A DNA stretch of 64,000 nucleotides, taken from Octopus sinensis. Its lineage: Eukaryota. Below are positions 12,226 through 24,569 of this stretch, piece after piece. The stretch spans positions 39,928,001 through 39,992,000 of the forward strand of contig NC_043004.1 of the NCBI RefSeq assembly GCF_006345805.1. Direction: 5' to 3'. Position 1 is the stretch's first letter, and every line of letters starts with the position of its first letter. The notes below the pieces were generated by a model. It was not told the origin of the DNA, did not search any database, and saw only the letters and a list, made by a program, of their open reading frames with translations. The position numbers and the translations under genes were made by a program.

Positions 12226-12636
12226 TAGGCACAGGAGTGGCTGTGTGGTAAGTAGCTTGATTACCAACTACATGGTTCCGGGTTCAGTCCAACTGCGTGG
12301 CATCTTGGGCAAGTGTCTTCTACTATAGCCTCGGGCCGACCAAAGCCTTGTGAGTGGATTTGGTAGACGGAAACTGAAAGAAGTCCGTCGTATATATGTG
12401 TATATATATATATATATATGTTTGTGTGTCTGTGTTTGTCCCTCCAACATCGCTTGACAACCGATGCTGGTGTGTTCACGTCCCCGTAACTTAGCGGTTC
12501 GGCAAAAGAGGCCGATAGAATAAGTACTAGGCTACCAAAGAATAAGTCTGGGGGTCGAGTTCCTCGATTAAAGGCGGTGCTCCAGCATGGCCACAGTCAA
12601 ATGATTGAAACAAGTAAAAGAGTAAAAGAGTAAAGA
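12226..12636 (+). mobile_element. Family A SINE, full length
   Basis: Near-identical to the other young A copies. Confidence 0.92.
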
Positions 12637-12945
12637 GAGAAAAAAAAAAATAGGAGAATGAACAACAGAGTGAAATTTGTTGGTGCTGTTGCTGTTTGGT
12701 TCAGGTCAGTGCCCATCAAGTTGGCCTAGGATAAAAAATATTCGAGCCAGTCATGACCCTCTTGTCTTCTTAGGCATATCTAATGCTACGTTATCCAATA
12801 CATCCTTTTGTTAGTGAAGGTGGCAGGGTTTGATTTGAGTATGGAATGGCTTTTTTTTTTTTTGGTTTTTTTTCATAGGTTAACCAACTATGTTGAGACT
12901 TGCTTGTTGATTTCTAAATAGAATTAAAAGAGGAGAGTGGATATC

Positions 12946-13347
12946 ATAAACAGAGTGGCTCAGTGGTTAGTAGCTTGCTTATGAACCGCATGGTTCCGGG
13001 TTCAGTCCCACTGCGTGGCAGCTTGGGCAAGTGTCTTCTGCTGTATTCTCGAGCCGACCAAAGCCTTGTGAGTGGATTTTGTAGACAGAAACTGAAAAAA
13101 AGCCCATCGTATATATGTATGTGTGTGTATATTTTTGTGTGTCTCTGTTTGTGCCCCCAACATTGCTTCACAGCTGATGCTGGGGTGTTTACGTCTCCGT
13201 AACTTAGCGGTTCGGCAAAAGAGACCGATAGAATAAGTACAAGGCTTACAACCATTAAGTCTTGCGGTCGATTTGCTTGACTAAAGGCGGTGCTCCAGCA
13301 TGGCCAGTCAGATGACTGAAACAAGTAAAAGAGTATATAAAAGAGTA
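12946..13347 (+). mobile_element. Family A SINE, full length
   Basis: Head, CORE-like motif, microsatellite and tail all present. Confidence 0.9.
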
Positions 13348-13757
13348 TGAGGTTCTGCAAATGACTAGCATCCTGTTCAGCAGGAATGCTGTGATCCCAG
13401 TCACTAATACACCATGGAGACTGGGTAATTGACAATGAGTCCAAGAAATTGAGACAGTAGTGTCAGGAGATTGATGATGATGACAATGACGTCAATGATG
13501 ATGATGATGGTTCTAATTTCAGAATCCTTGGATATGAGAGGTATTATGCTTGATTCTATAATTCTATAAAGTACAATTTGTCTTTCCTTTACCAAAAGTC
13601 AACATTTCTACTATATTTTAATGTGAATAAAAACAATGATTTTTATCAAGTACACACACACACACAAACTAGTAATGCCCTGTAAAATATAGGGTGGTTC
13701 CAGTAGAAGGATATAAAAGATAAAAGAAATAATTTATCAATGACATTAAATGTTGTT

Positions 13758-13950
13758 CCAATACTTGAAGAGATTGAACCATAATTGATATAGGGCAGCA
13801 AGAAGTTGTGACTGCTGAAGCAGCTAATTCTAGACACAAACTTCACAACATACAAAATTTCTCATCAGAGCAAACAATATAAACTCTGAATCACTACCAA
13901 CTACCAACATCACCATCAACCTACATTTATATTGACTTTATTGCTGCCTA
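13758..13950. repeat. Unclassified repeat, copy 1
   Basis: Shares CCAATACTTGAAG and GTGACTGCTGAAGCAGCTAATT with 15900-16072. Confidence 0.65.
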
Positions 13951-14342
13951 TCTGAATTCTCCATGACATCCACATAACCATCATTTTCATTCAGTGATGC
14001 AAATGAAGAAAGCGACAGAGAAAAGTTCATCCTTGACCCAGGGCTGCAACCCTTTCTTCCTGCACCAGCCTGCAGTGCTGTCATCTCACGATTTGAAGTT
14101 CAACACCACAACGCCATAAAACACTCTTCGTTCATATGGAAATCTTGCTGTCTTCAACAATGCAATCAAGTGAGCCAAACCTCCCCATGACACCTATTTA
14201 CAGAGAATAGCTTTGCAGCAATGCTTCAATGAAAGACGGAAAAGATACATTGCCTGCTTTGAATGAGGTAAAAGGCATCCAGCTTTCATCATGTGTTCCT
14301 CATTACTCATGAAGAAGGCCTGACTGTGTCATAAACATTGTA

Positions 14343-14742
14343 TACTCTTTTACTTGCTTCAATCATTTGACTGTAGCCATGCTGGAGCACCGCCTTTAAT
14401 TGAACAACTTGAACCCGGGACTTATTCTTTTGTAAGCCCAGTACTTATTCTATCAGTCTCTTTTGCCAAACCGCTAAGTAACGGAGACACAAACACACCA
14501 GAATCGGTTGTCAAGCAATGCTAGGGGGACAAACACAGACACACAACAAACACACACACGCATACATATATATACATATATACGATGGGCTTCTTTCAGT
14601 TTCCGTCTACCAAATCCACTCACAAGGCTTAGGTCGGCCCGAGGCTATAGAAGAAGACACTTGCCCAAGGTGCCACGCAGTGGGACTGAACCCGGAACCA
14701 TGTGGTTGGTAAACAAGCTACTTACCACACAGCCACTCCTAT
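14343..14742 (-). mobile_element. Family A SINE, full length
   Basis: Reverse complement of the A consensus; a second degenerate A head follows at about 14761-14920. Confidence 0.9.
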
Positions 14743-15899
14743 GGTTTTGAACCACATATAATGGGCTTCTGCACAGTTTCTCTCAACCAAATTCCACTCA
14801 CAAGGTATTGCTTAATCTGAAGCCATAGTCGAAGACACTTGCTCAAGGTGCAATGCTGTTGGTTCAAACCCAGAATTATGAGAAGTTTGAAGTAAACTTC
14901 TTAACTACAAGGTCGTGCCCGTAAAATACTAGCAGTGAATCTGGTGTGACCTATGAATGAATGAATGAGTTCAATCCCTTGACCATTCAGCCACTATATC
15001 TCTACCATTATTGATTTTTACCAACTGAAACTACCATCAGTATGTGTGTGTATACATATGTGTGTATGTACACACACATATAAAATACTAATATAGTCGG
15101 TTGCACCTACCAACCTCTAGAGAGATTTGAAACTGAACACAAAGCCATTCAACTAAATACAATAAATAAAACATCTGACTGATTTGAATTGTCCGGCACT
15201 TTGATATTTTCTGCCCCCACCCCAGGGGAAGAAATTTCATGGAGGAAAGTGATGTTAGATAAATATTAACAAAACTAAGTAAGCATAATGTTAAATAGTA
15301 ATCTTTATAATAAAATGCAATACTGGGTGAATGCCAGAATCAACTGAGCAGTGGACAAGCTACAGATGATATGCTGTAATTAGTTAAGTTCATTTATGAT
15401 GAGAGTTCAAATCCCAGTCCGACTTATTTGATTATTTATGGCAGTAAATTGGCAGGCTCATTAGTGAGCCAGATAGATTGGTCTGTTGTATTCAAATCTT
15501 GCCAAGACCAATCCTACCTCTCATCCTTTTGGGATCAAGATGAAGTCAATAAACGATGTCAATCTAATACTAGGATCAACACCTCCTTCTCTCTCCCTCC
15601 TCTGCCTCTCTCTTTCTGTTTTTCTCACTCAGTGTGTGTTCAGTATTGTAACTGTAATTCAAGGTTCAAGCTGATTGAGCCAGAGAACTGCGTTACTGAC
15701 ACACGTCTGTGTGGGAAGGAAAACAAAATAGTCATTTATAAATTAATATCTCAAGTAGGGATTTGGTTGGACAAGACAAACAATTGAATGCTCTGATATT
15801 GAGGTTGATAAGAACCCACTGCCACTTTGTCACCCAAGTCTATAAAATAAGCACCCAGTCAATAAATCATACTGAAACAAGTAAAATCAAATAATCAGT

Positions 15900-16072
15900 C
15901 CCAATACTTGAAGTTATTGAACCAATACTTAATAGAGAACAGCAAGAACCTGTGACTGCTGAAGCAGCTAATTTTAGATATAAACTTGGTCATGAAATTC
16001 CTTGTTGCAGCAAACAGCCTATCAGCATCGCCATCAGCCTACATTTACACAGTCTTTACAGCTGCTATCACT
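15900..16072. repeat. Unclassified repeat, copy 2
   Basis: Direct homolog of 13758-13950. Confidence 0.65.
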
Positions 16073-17010
16073 TTCTTGCTATAAAATGACCCTGCCACCC
16101 AACCATTACTTTATCTTGTATTATATATTTTAAGTTATGTATAAGTTAATATATGGTAGTTTCAAAAGCATACATCTAATCCTGCTGTGAAGTAGATGCT
16201 GTGGTTAAAACCATAGAGGCCTTTCTGCAGAATAGAGCAAAAAATAAAGAGACAAGTTTTACCTGGACATTACCAGCTCATCAGGAGTATTTTGTGTGTT
16301 CTACCATTGAGTGAGTGAGAGCGAGAGAAAGAAAGAGAGAGGGAGAAAAAGAGAGAGAGAGAAAGTAGTTTAGAACTATTTATGAAAAATGAGCAACAGC
16401 TACCGATTTTGCTCACTCATTAAAGATGGATATTAATTAACTATCAAGACCAAGTGCTTGTAACTAAGTTGTAATACTGTTTAGGTTAATACTGTCTTTA
16501 CATCTTTCTGGGGGTAGTAAATTAATGCAGTAACTGAAACCAGTACAAAATAATATATATATATATATATATGATGGATTCTCTTGTTGTGAATGACAAA
16601 TGTGTGTTCAGTGAAATAAAGTGTTAATCATGTTCTATAGAATATGTGTCTTGAGGCCTGCTGGTGCCATGCAGACCTTTTGGTAAATGGAACAAGTTGA
16701 GGACTCAGTGTGCTTGAGTACCTGTGGATCATTTACTATATGTTTTCTTGGGTGGACTGCAAAGCCTGCTTTGCTTTGTGCCACAATGACAGGAAAGGTT
16801 TTTATTTAGAGAAGCACTGTTTTGCCAGCATACCTTCATGTCAGGTCGCTCTCGAGTGCTGCTGGTAACATGTAACCCAATACAACCTGTTGCTTGGTTG
16901 GGTTGTCAGCAACTAAACTGGCAACCCCACCAGCCTTGCCTGGTGAGGAGGGTGATTGTTGGAAACCCTGCGGGACAAAAAGCATAACATGCCAATATAT
17001 ATATATCTAT

Positions 17011-17400
17011 ATCTTATCTTTTACCGATTTGTCATTAGTCTGTGGCCATGCTGGGGTACCACCTTGAGCTTTTAGTTGAATGAATTGACACCCAATACTT
17101 ATTTTTTATGCCTGGTACTTATTCTATTGGTCACTTTTGCTGAACTGGTAAGTTATGAAGATGTAAACACACCCACAACAGTTGTCAAGTGGTGATGGGG
17201 GATGAACACAGATACACACACATATATATATATACATACAAACTTCTTTCAGTTTCCATCTACCAAATCCACTCACAAGGCTTTGGCCAGCCCAAGACTA
17301 TAGTAGAAGACACTTGCCCAAGGTGCCATACAGTGGGACTGAACCCAGAACCATGTGGTTGGGAAGCAAGCTTCTTACTACAGTCACTCCTGCACCTATA
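17011..17400 (-). mobile_element. Family A SINE, diverged
   Basis: A body and head recognisable throughout. Confidence 0.8.
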
Positions 17401-17404
17401 TATA

Positions 17405-17444
<40 letters not shown>

Positions 17445-17497
17445 ATTTTAGCAAGTAGTTCGGTATGTTAAAAAAACCATTATCGGTAAACTTAAAC

Positions 17498-17595
17498 AAG
17501 AAATTTTTTTAATTTTGAGTATAATTATAATTAGGGTTCAGCAAAAATTTGATTAACCCTAATTATAAATATACTCATAATTATAAAAATTTCTT
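17498..17595. repeat. Inverted repeat, 41-bp arms, 16-nt loop
   Basis: 17498-17538 versus the reverse complement of 17555-17595: 38 of 41 identical. Confidence 0.9.
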
Positions 17596-17934
17596 TATAT
17601 ATACACACACACACATATTCAAATATGAATTAGAAGCAGTGCTAGTTTTGTAAACATCATCAAACACATAATATATGTGCTTTACTTATTTGCTGGTAGA
17701 CTGCAATTTAATATAGTGGAGAGGACTCTCTCAAAGTGACAGGTGTTAAAACACTTGAAAGTCATAGACAGGTGAGGCAAGTCACCCCAAATCCCATAGA
17801 AGAGAGATGGACATAGATGTTTCACTTGGCAACATCATGTACTTGAACCAAATAGGAAGCGAACTGAATCACCAGTCCATAACTTTATGCAAAATAGTGT
17901 AAAAACCATTTGCTAGTATGCTCTGACCATGCAT

Positions 17935-18295
17935 ACATCATTATCATTTAACGTCCGTTTTCCATGCTAGCATGTGTTGGACGGTTCGACTGGTGTCTAG
18001 AAGCCATGGAGGCTACACCAGGCTCTAGTCTGATTTGGCAGTGTTTCTACAGCTGGATGCCCTTCCTAACAGCAACCACTCCATGAGTGTAGTGGGTGTT
18101 TTTTATGCGCCACCAGCACAGGAGCCAGAGCAGGCTGGCAAACAGCCATGATTGGTTGGTGCTTTTACGTGTCACCAACACGGATGCCAGTTAGGCAACG
18201 CTAGCATCTGCCACGTTCGGACGGTGCTGTCACCGGCACAGGTGTCTTAACTACAATTTCCTTTTGAATTTGAATTTTTATTTTGATGTTGACAT
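17935..18295 (-). mobile_element. Family C element
   Basis: (CAT)n tail, core, internal units, TTTGAATTTTG..TTGATGTTGAC edge. Confidence 0.85.
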
Positions 18296-18597
18296 TGACG
18301 TAGGAATAAATTCAAATAAAATTCAGAAGCAGCACTATTGTTGTAAACATTATCGAAAGCACCATACTCAACGTGATGGAGATGACTCTGTAATCATATG
18401 GTCTCTGGGTTGATCCTACTGAATGACACAATGGGCAAATTTTTTCTCAATAGCCACATGTCAAGACAAATGATGTGCTAGAAATTGGGTTGGTAGGCAA
18501 TGCATGGAAACCTACTGAATTAAATGTTTCAAAGGACCAGCCTTGTCACCCAACAGAGCTGTGATTTCATTTGAATAAGTTACATTACAATCGCAAA

Positions 18598-18908
18598 TGT
18601 GTGTGTGGTGGTTGTTCCTTCTCGAGCCATGCCTGGCTCATAAGGGCCGGTTTCCCGGTTTCTTGGCGTATAGGTTCCCCACCTGGACGGGACGCCAGAC
18701 TGTCGCAGGTGAGCTGCAAGATGCAGGAGGAAAGAGTGAGAGAAAGTTGTGGCGAAAGAGTCAGCAGAGGTTTCGCCATTACCTTCTGTCAGAGTCGCGT
18801 GGAGCTTCGGTGTTTCGCTCATAAACACACACATCGACCGGCCTGAGATTCGAACCCGCGATCCCTCGATCGCGAGTCCGCTGCTCTAACCACTAGGCCA
18901 TGTGCAAC
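18598..18908 (-). mobile_element. Modular SINE: head 2 + X domain + V-like domain + tail 1 (young, CpG-rich)
   Basis: TGGCCTAGTGGTTAGAG A-box, GGGTTCGAATCTC B-box, GTCTGGCGTCCCGTCCAGG V-like motif, GAAACCGGCCCTTATGAGCC tail. Confidence 0.85.
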
Positions 18909-19239
18909 GCTATGTAATTTGATGAGTAAGTAGTTTCATTCATTCGACAACTAGAACACTCACAGCTCAAAATTGGTGTGACTGAGTCCATTGTGTTTAT
19001 ATGTGAATTGATTTGCACGCATAGATATTAATGTATTAAAATGCACGCATATGGTAAAGTGTTTGTACTTTGTCATGCATGTCGGTAACTATATAACAAA
19101 ATCCATACTAATCCAGATTTCATGCAGTTATCCAACTGAATGAATGAATGCCAGCAAGGCTTGATGGATGCTTCACAACAGCGATTCTCAATTTGTACCC
19201 CTTGCTATATACTGTATCGGCATCTTACGACATACTCTC

Positions 19240-19700
19240 ACTTTCTACTACCACTACCAACCACTGGCGCTGCCACCATCAACCTACATATAAACTAATC
19301 CTGCCACTCTCACCATCATCATCATCATCATCACCAAACATCATCTTATATTTACTCACTACACTTGTCTTCCTTTGCTAAACTATAACTATTACATCTA
19401 CCACTGTTTTGCACTTGCTCTGTGCCTGCTTCCGCTCCCCCCACCACCACCACCTTCGCCATCAGTGTCACTACGTCTCTTCCCATTAAGTCTTCCTCTC
19501 ACTACCTCTCTTTCTACGACTCCCCCCCCCACCACACACACACACTGCACTCATTCATTCTTATGTAAACTGCTATTAATTCTTCGTCTTAATGCATTAC
19601 ATCATACCATTGCTCTACATACATACATACATTTCCAATTAAACCACCACCACCACCACCACCACCACCACAAATGGATCTTCCTCTCACCATCACTCTC
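19240..19700. repeat. Compound CAC/CAT/CTA low-complexity tract
   Basis: C-rich triplet runs on the plus strand. Confidence 0.8.
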
Positions 19701-20387
19701 TACTTTCATTGTTATCACACCGCTGCTGTTGCCATTATGCAGAGGCTGTTGAACCGTCTTCAAGTTTCTCTCTCTGATGTTCAAAGACAACAGTAATCTA
19801 CAAACAGATCGGCAGCAGCATTGTTTCTTTCCGTTTTGTTTTGTTTTGTTCTCGGGATTTTGTCTGAGCTACAGACCAAATAAAATACCCTCAGCCAGTC
19901 GCCATTTCCAAGTAGTTCCACTTCATAGTTAACCCCCCCCCCCACACACACACACCTCTACATCAACCTAGCAGACGCGACCAGGTACTGTCATCTACAA
20001 TCATCTCAGCAAGCTTTCTCCTTGCACAGTAACAACCACCACCACCACCACCTCCACTACAACTACTACCATCACTAATACTACTAAAATACCATCACCA
20101 TTACATGGTTATTCAACCTGCTAGAAATAACAGCAAAATCTTAAATTTTATCCACACGTACACACACCCATCTTACAAGAAGAAAAACAGGGACACAGAT
20201 AATGTATTTCTAGACAGCACCCCAGAAAGTGACATGGTCACAGCTTGACTGGACTCAGCTCTGTCGATGCTGACCTGGAATTAAACAATAATAATCACAA
20301 GCCAATGTTGTTATCTTCATCATAGATATCATTATTGCCATTTCCAGAGTCTTTACTTGTTTTGCGAAGACCTCTTGTGGCAAGTGT

Positions 20388-20886
20388 AATCAAATCAAAA
20401 TCAAAATCATTTCGGTGACTGGCATCCGTGCTAGCGGGGTGCAAAGAGCCCCATACGAGTGTGATCGTTGACATAGCGGCTATTCGAGTATGATCGTTAC
20501 CAGCACTTATGCCTGTGCTAGTAGGGTGCAAAGAACACCATCCAAGTGTGATCGTTGTGATTGTTGCCAGAGCAGCCAACTAGCTTCCGTACCCGTGGCA
20601 CATAGAAACGGCACCATTCGAGCATGATCATTACCAACGTCGCTTCACTGGCACCTGTGTCGGTGGCACGTGTAAAAGATTCGAGCGAGGTCATTGCCAG
20701 TACCGCCTGACTGGCCTCCGTGCAGGTGGCACGTAAAAAGCACCCACTACACTCTCAGAGTGGTAGAAACTCAGCCAGATCAAGACTGAAGCCTGGTGCA
20801 GCCATATGGTTGCCAGCCCTCAGTCAAAACCGTCCAACCCATGCTAGCATGGAAAACGGATGTTAAACGATGATGATGATGATGAT
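20388..20886 (+). mobile_element. Family C element with a diverged unit array
   Basis: AATCAAATCAAAATC start, several diverged GGCAC/GATCGTT units, core with an internal deletion, (GAT)n tail. Confidence 0.85.
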
Positions 20887-20989
20887 GTCTCCTACAATAT
20901 CCTCCTTGCCTACATTATACAATCCAGGCCGATAGCAACAAATAATTTTGTTTATAACTGCTCTTTGTTGATTTTATAATGCAGCAGTA

Positions 20990-21660
20990 GTCGTCGCCGC
21001 TGCTGACAACAACAACAACAACAGTCAGTGCTACCATCAAATACCATCACAGTCACTATCCTGACATCATCATCATCATCATCACCACCAACGTTGTTGT
21101 CACCATCGATACCAACATATCTTCTTCTTTAGAACCATCACTCCCAAAACTTATCAGCATCACCAAACACCATCATCAACAACATATCTGCAAGCATCAT
21201 CATCACCACCACCAACAACAACAACAACATATCCTCATTACCATCATCATCATCATTATAACCACCGACATCATCATCATCACCAACATCATCAGTGCCA
21301 TCACCAAGAGGCATCACTACCAATCACCATTGACATCACCATCATTATCCGCGACACACCCACTCACCACATTTAATACTTGTGCCGCGTACTCTCCAGT
21401 TACCCCCTACCCCCACCAACACTGCACGACTCCACCACCACCACCACCGCCACCACCACCACCACCACCACCACCACCACCACCGACACACTAACCTTGT
21501 CAGAAATATAGACATATCTGTCCATAAAGATTAATGAGACAGTATTTTCAGTCCTGTTCTGCAATGTTTTTATTACCTTTTGTTTCTATTTTTGGTTGTT
21601 GTTGTTTATTATTATCATTACCATCATCATCATCATCATCATCATCATTATTATGACTAT
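20990..21660. repeat. Compound CAA/CAT/CAC trinucleotide tracts
   Basis: Long degenerate triplet runs. Confidence 0.85.
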
Positions 21661-22710
21661 TTTTTTCTTTTATTATTGATTTGTTTAGTTTTTTCAAATA
21701 TCAAAAAGACATCAATCAAATCAATACAGGATATGAAAATTTGCCAGCGTCGATGTTATTGATACACCAGAGTGAGGAGGAGAAGGAGGAGGAGGAGGAG
21801 GAGACGGGATTGGAAATTGACAAAAAAACAAAAACAAAAAGAGAAAAAAAAATAATAATATATAAATATACTGATGGGTGATGGTGGAGGTGATCATGTG
21901 ACAACGCTAATACAAAAGAAAAGAAAACAAGAACGAACGGGGTGGGTGTAGAGTGGGGGGGGGGCGTCTACACAGCATCCCCCAGATACTTTGTAATATT
22001 CTATGTAAGTAAACTACAAAAGACACACATGCAAGGAAGCCGTTTTGCATCCCTATCCAACTCATGGCACTGTGCAAAAAAAAAAACCCAAAAATAAAAA
22101 AAAACAAATAAAATGTAAAAATATTTCCACCAATGATGATGATGATGATGACTTCAATTTTTAAAAGCATCCAAACAGAAAAAAAAAATTATCAATAGAG
22201 GAGGATAGGAAGATCTGTTTGTATTGATGTTATTTATACACTAAAATATTAATAAATATATTGAGTGGAAATATATTATTATTATTATTATTACCATCAT
22301 TATTAGCAATGGTAATAGCTGTAGTAGTTGTTTTAAAACATAGTCTGAAGGAAGAACTTCAGCGTCTATTTCCAGTAACAGGTCCTCCTGAACTGGTGAG
22401 GCGGGCTGTTTCTATTGTTTAGGTCCCACATCGAGCTAACCAATGTTCAAAGACTTTCCAGAAGTAACCATCTGGTCTTTCAGGTCAGTGATTTTTTTAG
22501 CCATCAGGGTTATATTAACGCGGCACAGGGTAAATATACCTGATCGTAATATTTATAAAACAATACAATGTTATGCATTTTTTTTTTTTCTTGCTAAGAG
22601 GGTCAGAGTTTATATGAGAGGCATCGTAATGAACGGAGGAAGTTATAACAAGAAGGATTATACGTATATAAGGGCAGAAGATGTGTAATGAAAGCTTGAC
22701 AAATGATAGT

Positions 22711-22788
22711 TATTTAGTCAATATTTGTCCTTATTTAGTCAATATTTGCCATATTTAGTCAATATTTGCTGCTATTTACTCAATATTT
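22711..22788. repeat. Minisatellite, 4 copies, period 20-21 bp
   Basis: Core TATTTAGTCAATATTT at 22711, 22732, 22752 and 22773 (the last with one mismatch). Confidence 0.9.
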
Positions 22789-24569
22789 TTACAATGAAAA
22801 CCAAAGGATAAATGGCAAAATACATTAAGCCAAGGGCATATACAACAGAGGAAAGGTTGGAAATCACTATTTTAGGAGTGTATACTAGACAGTGAATGAA
22901 CAGGACTGTTAGAGTAGCAGACAAAATACCTTTGGTATCTATTCAACTTAGTTTTCCATCATTCTGAGGTTGATAAAGCAGTAGTTTAGGACAATGGACA
23001 GGTGGAAGTATTAGCATGTTAGACAGGATGTCATTTGATGTTTGTTCCAGCATTCAATGTCCTAAGTTCAAATCGTGCTGTGGTCTAATTAGGAGAGAGA
23101 CTTTATTTGTTACATGGTATGCAGACTGCCTGGCCCTTGAGTATGTTTAATGCTACCCACTCAGCTGCAAGCATTCAAACCAAGTCCTCTGGTTTGACAA
23201 TAACTTCCTTATGTCTTTTCATCAGTTTTAGAGGTGAGGTCCTGAGAAGGGTTATGAGCACTGCCCTTCCTCCTAGGCACAAAAAAAAATCCCAAATACA
23301 TACTTTCCTGCATAAGACAGAGTATGATACGAAGGGACCTGGTTGTTGCTATTTGTAACAGGTCAAGCATCATATGTACAGGCTCCCGCTGTCAGGACAT
23401 TAAAATCAGCCTCATACAAATTGCATTTTCAGTAACTGTTATATTCGTTACAATGCAGAGTGATTGCATTGCTGGTACAATTCAGGGATGGAGTTTCAGA
23501 TGATACAGTCCAAAGGAGAAAGGAATGGATAAATATGTTTAGTTTAAGCTGTGATAAGTATGAGAGGGTATTAAGTAAATGCGTTATGGAGCTGAGTAAA
23601 GGTGGTACACAGTTCATTAGCTTAGAGAAAGTCCCAGTCAACCCTGATCAAGCAGGCCTATGATCAAAGACATTCCAACTATGACCATCACATCTTCCTC
23701 TATTCAGATTCATGTTTCCCCTTTTTTAAGACAGTAAGGTGCACTTAAAGGGAGATTTGGTTGTTATTTCTAGCAGGCTGAGTGACCATGTCATAGAGCC
23801 TCCTTTGTCAGCTTACTGTTAGAAGTGATAAAATAAAAGCTTGTGAATCATAGAGCACTACACAATTCACAAGTGTTTCATTATCACATTGTCACTGTAA
23901 CCTCTACTTACAGCAGTGAGCTGTATACATAACCCCATCTCTTTGACGGTCAAGTGTCATTGGCTGGAGACCAACTACTGCATCGGCTATGATGGGATGT
24001 GATCTGTGGACATCCTTTTGGCTGGTGGTAATCCAACATATTATTGAATTTACCAGATACTGAAGATGATGATAATGAAAATGATGATGATGATGATGAC
24101 GACGATGGATATCAAAAGCAACCATTAATTCTTTGAAGTCCTCAGCTTCCATATACGTTTATAGTGCCTACAACTCAAAACTATGCTTTTAAGATAATTA
24201 AATGTTATAAAAATGGTAAGGGAAAGGAAATAAATAAATAAATAAATATATACATATATGTTCTAGCTTTTGCGAGAAACCCTTTGTTCAAAACTGATTA
24301 AATTCTAGGCTATTTTGCTTTTCATAGAGTTAATAATAAAATGATTAAAAGCAGCCTGTAATACAATATAGTTAGTTATTTATATATATTTAAATTCTAT
24401 ATCACATTTGATGGAGAATCATGTAATTGATTACATGTTTCCAATAGGTCAATCACCAGTTCACTGAATTCCTCATGGTGAGAGAGGCAAAGAAATGTCT
24501 AACTTGGGAGAAACAAATAACACACAGGATATTTTTATTAGAAAGTACCAGCATTTTTCTTTTTTCTCA

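Noticed and set aside
14508-14750. Recurrent ORFs (MSSNARGTN.., MLGGQTQTH.., MDGSTGVWEARR..) as a gene family
   Set aside because: They are incidental translations of family A and C repeats, differing by microsatellite-driven frameshifts.
16275-16290. Further CTGATGA boxes (about 16280 minus; 47168, 58092 and 63563 plus) as hammerheads
   Set aside because: No properly placed GAAA or pairable stem I.
18835-18908. tRNA gene
   Set aside because: A and B boxes are present, but there is no acceptor stem closure and the sequence runs into a SINE body; the same holds for the other heads.
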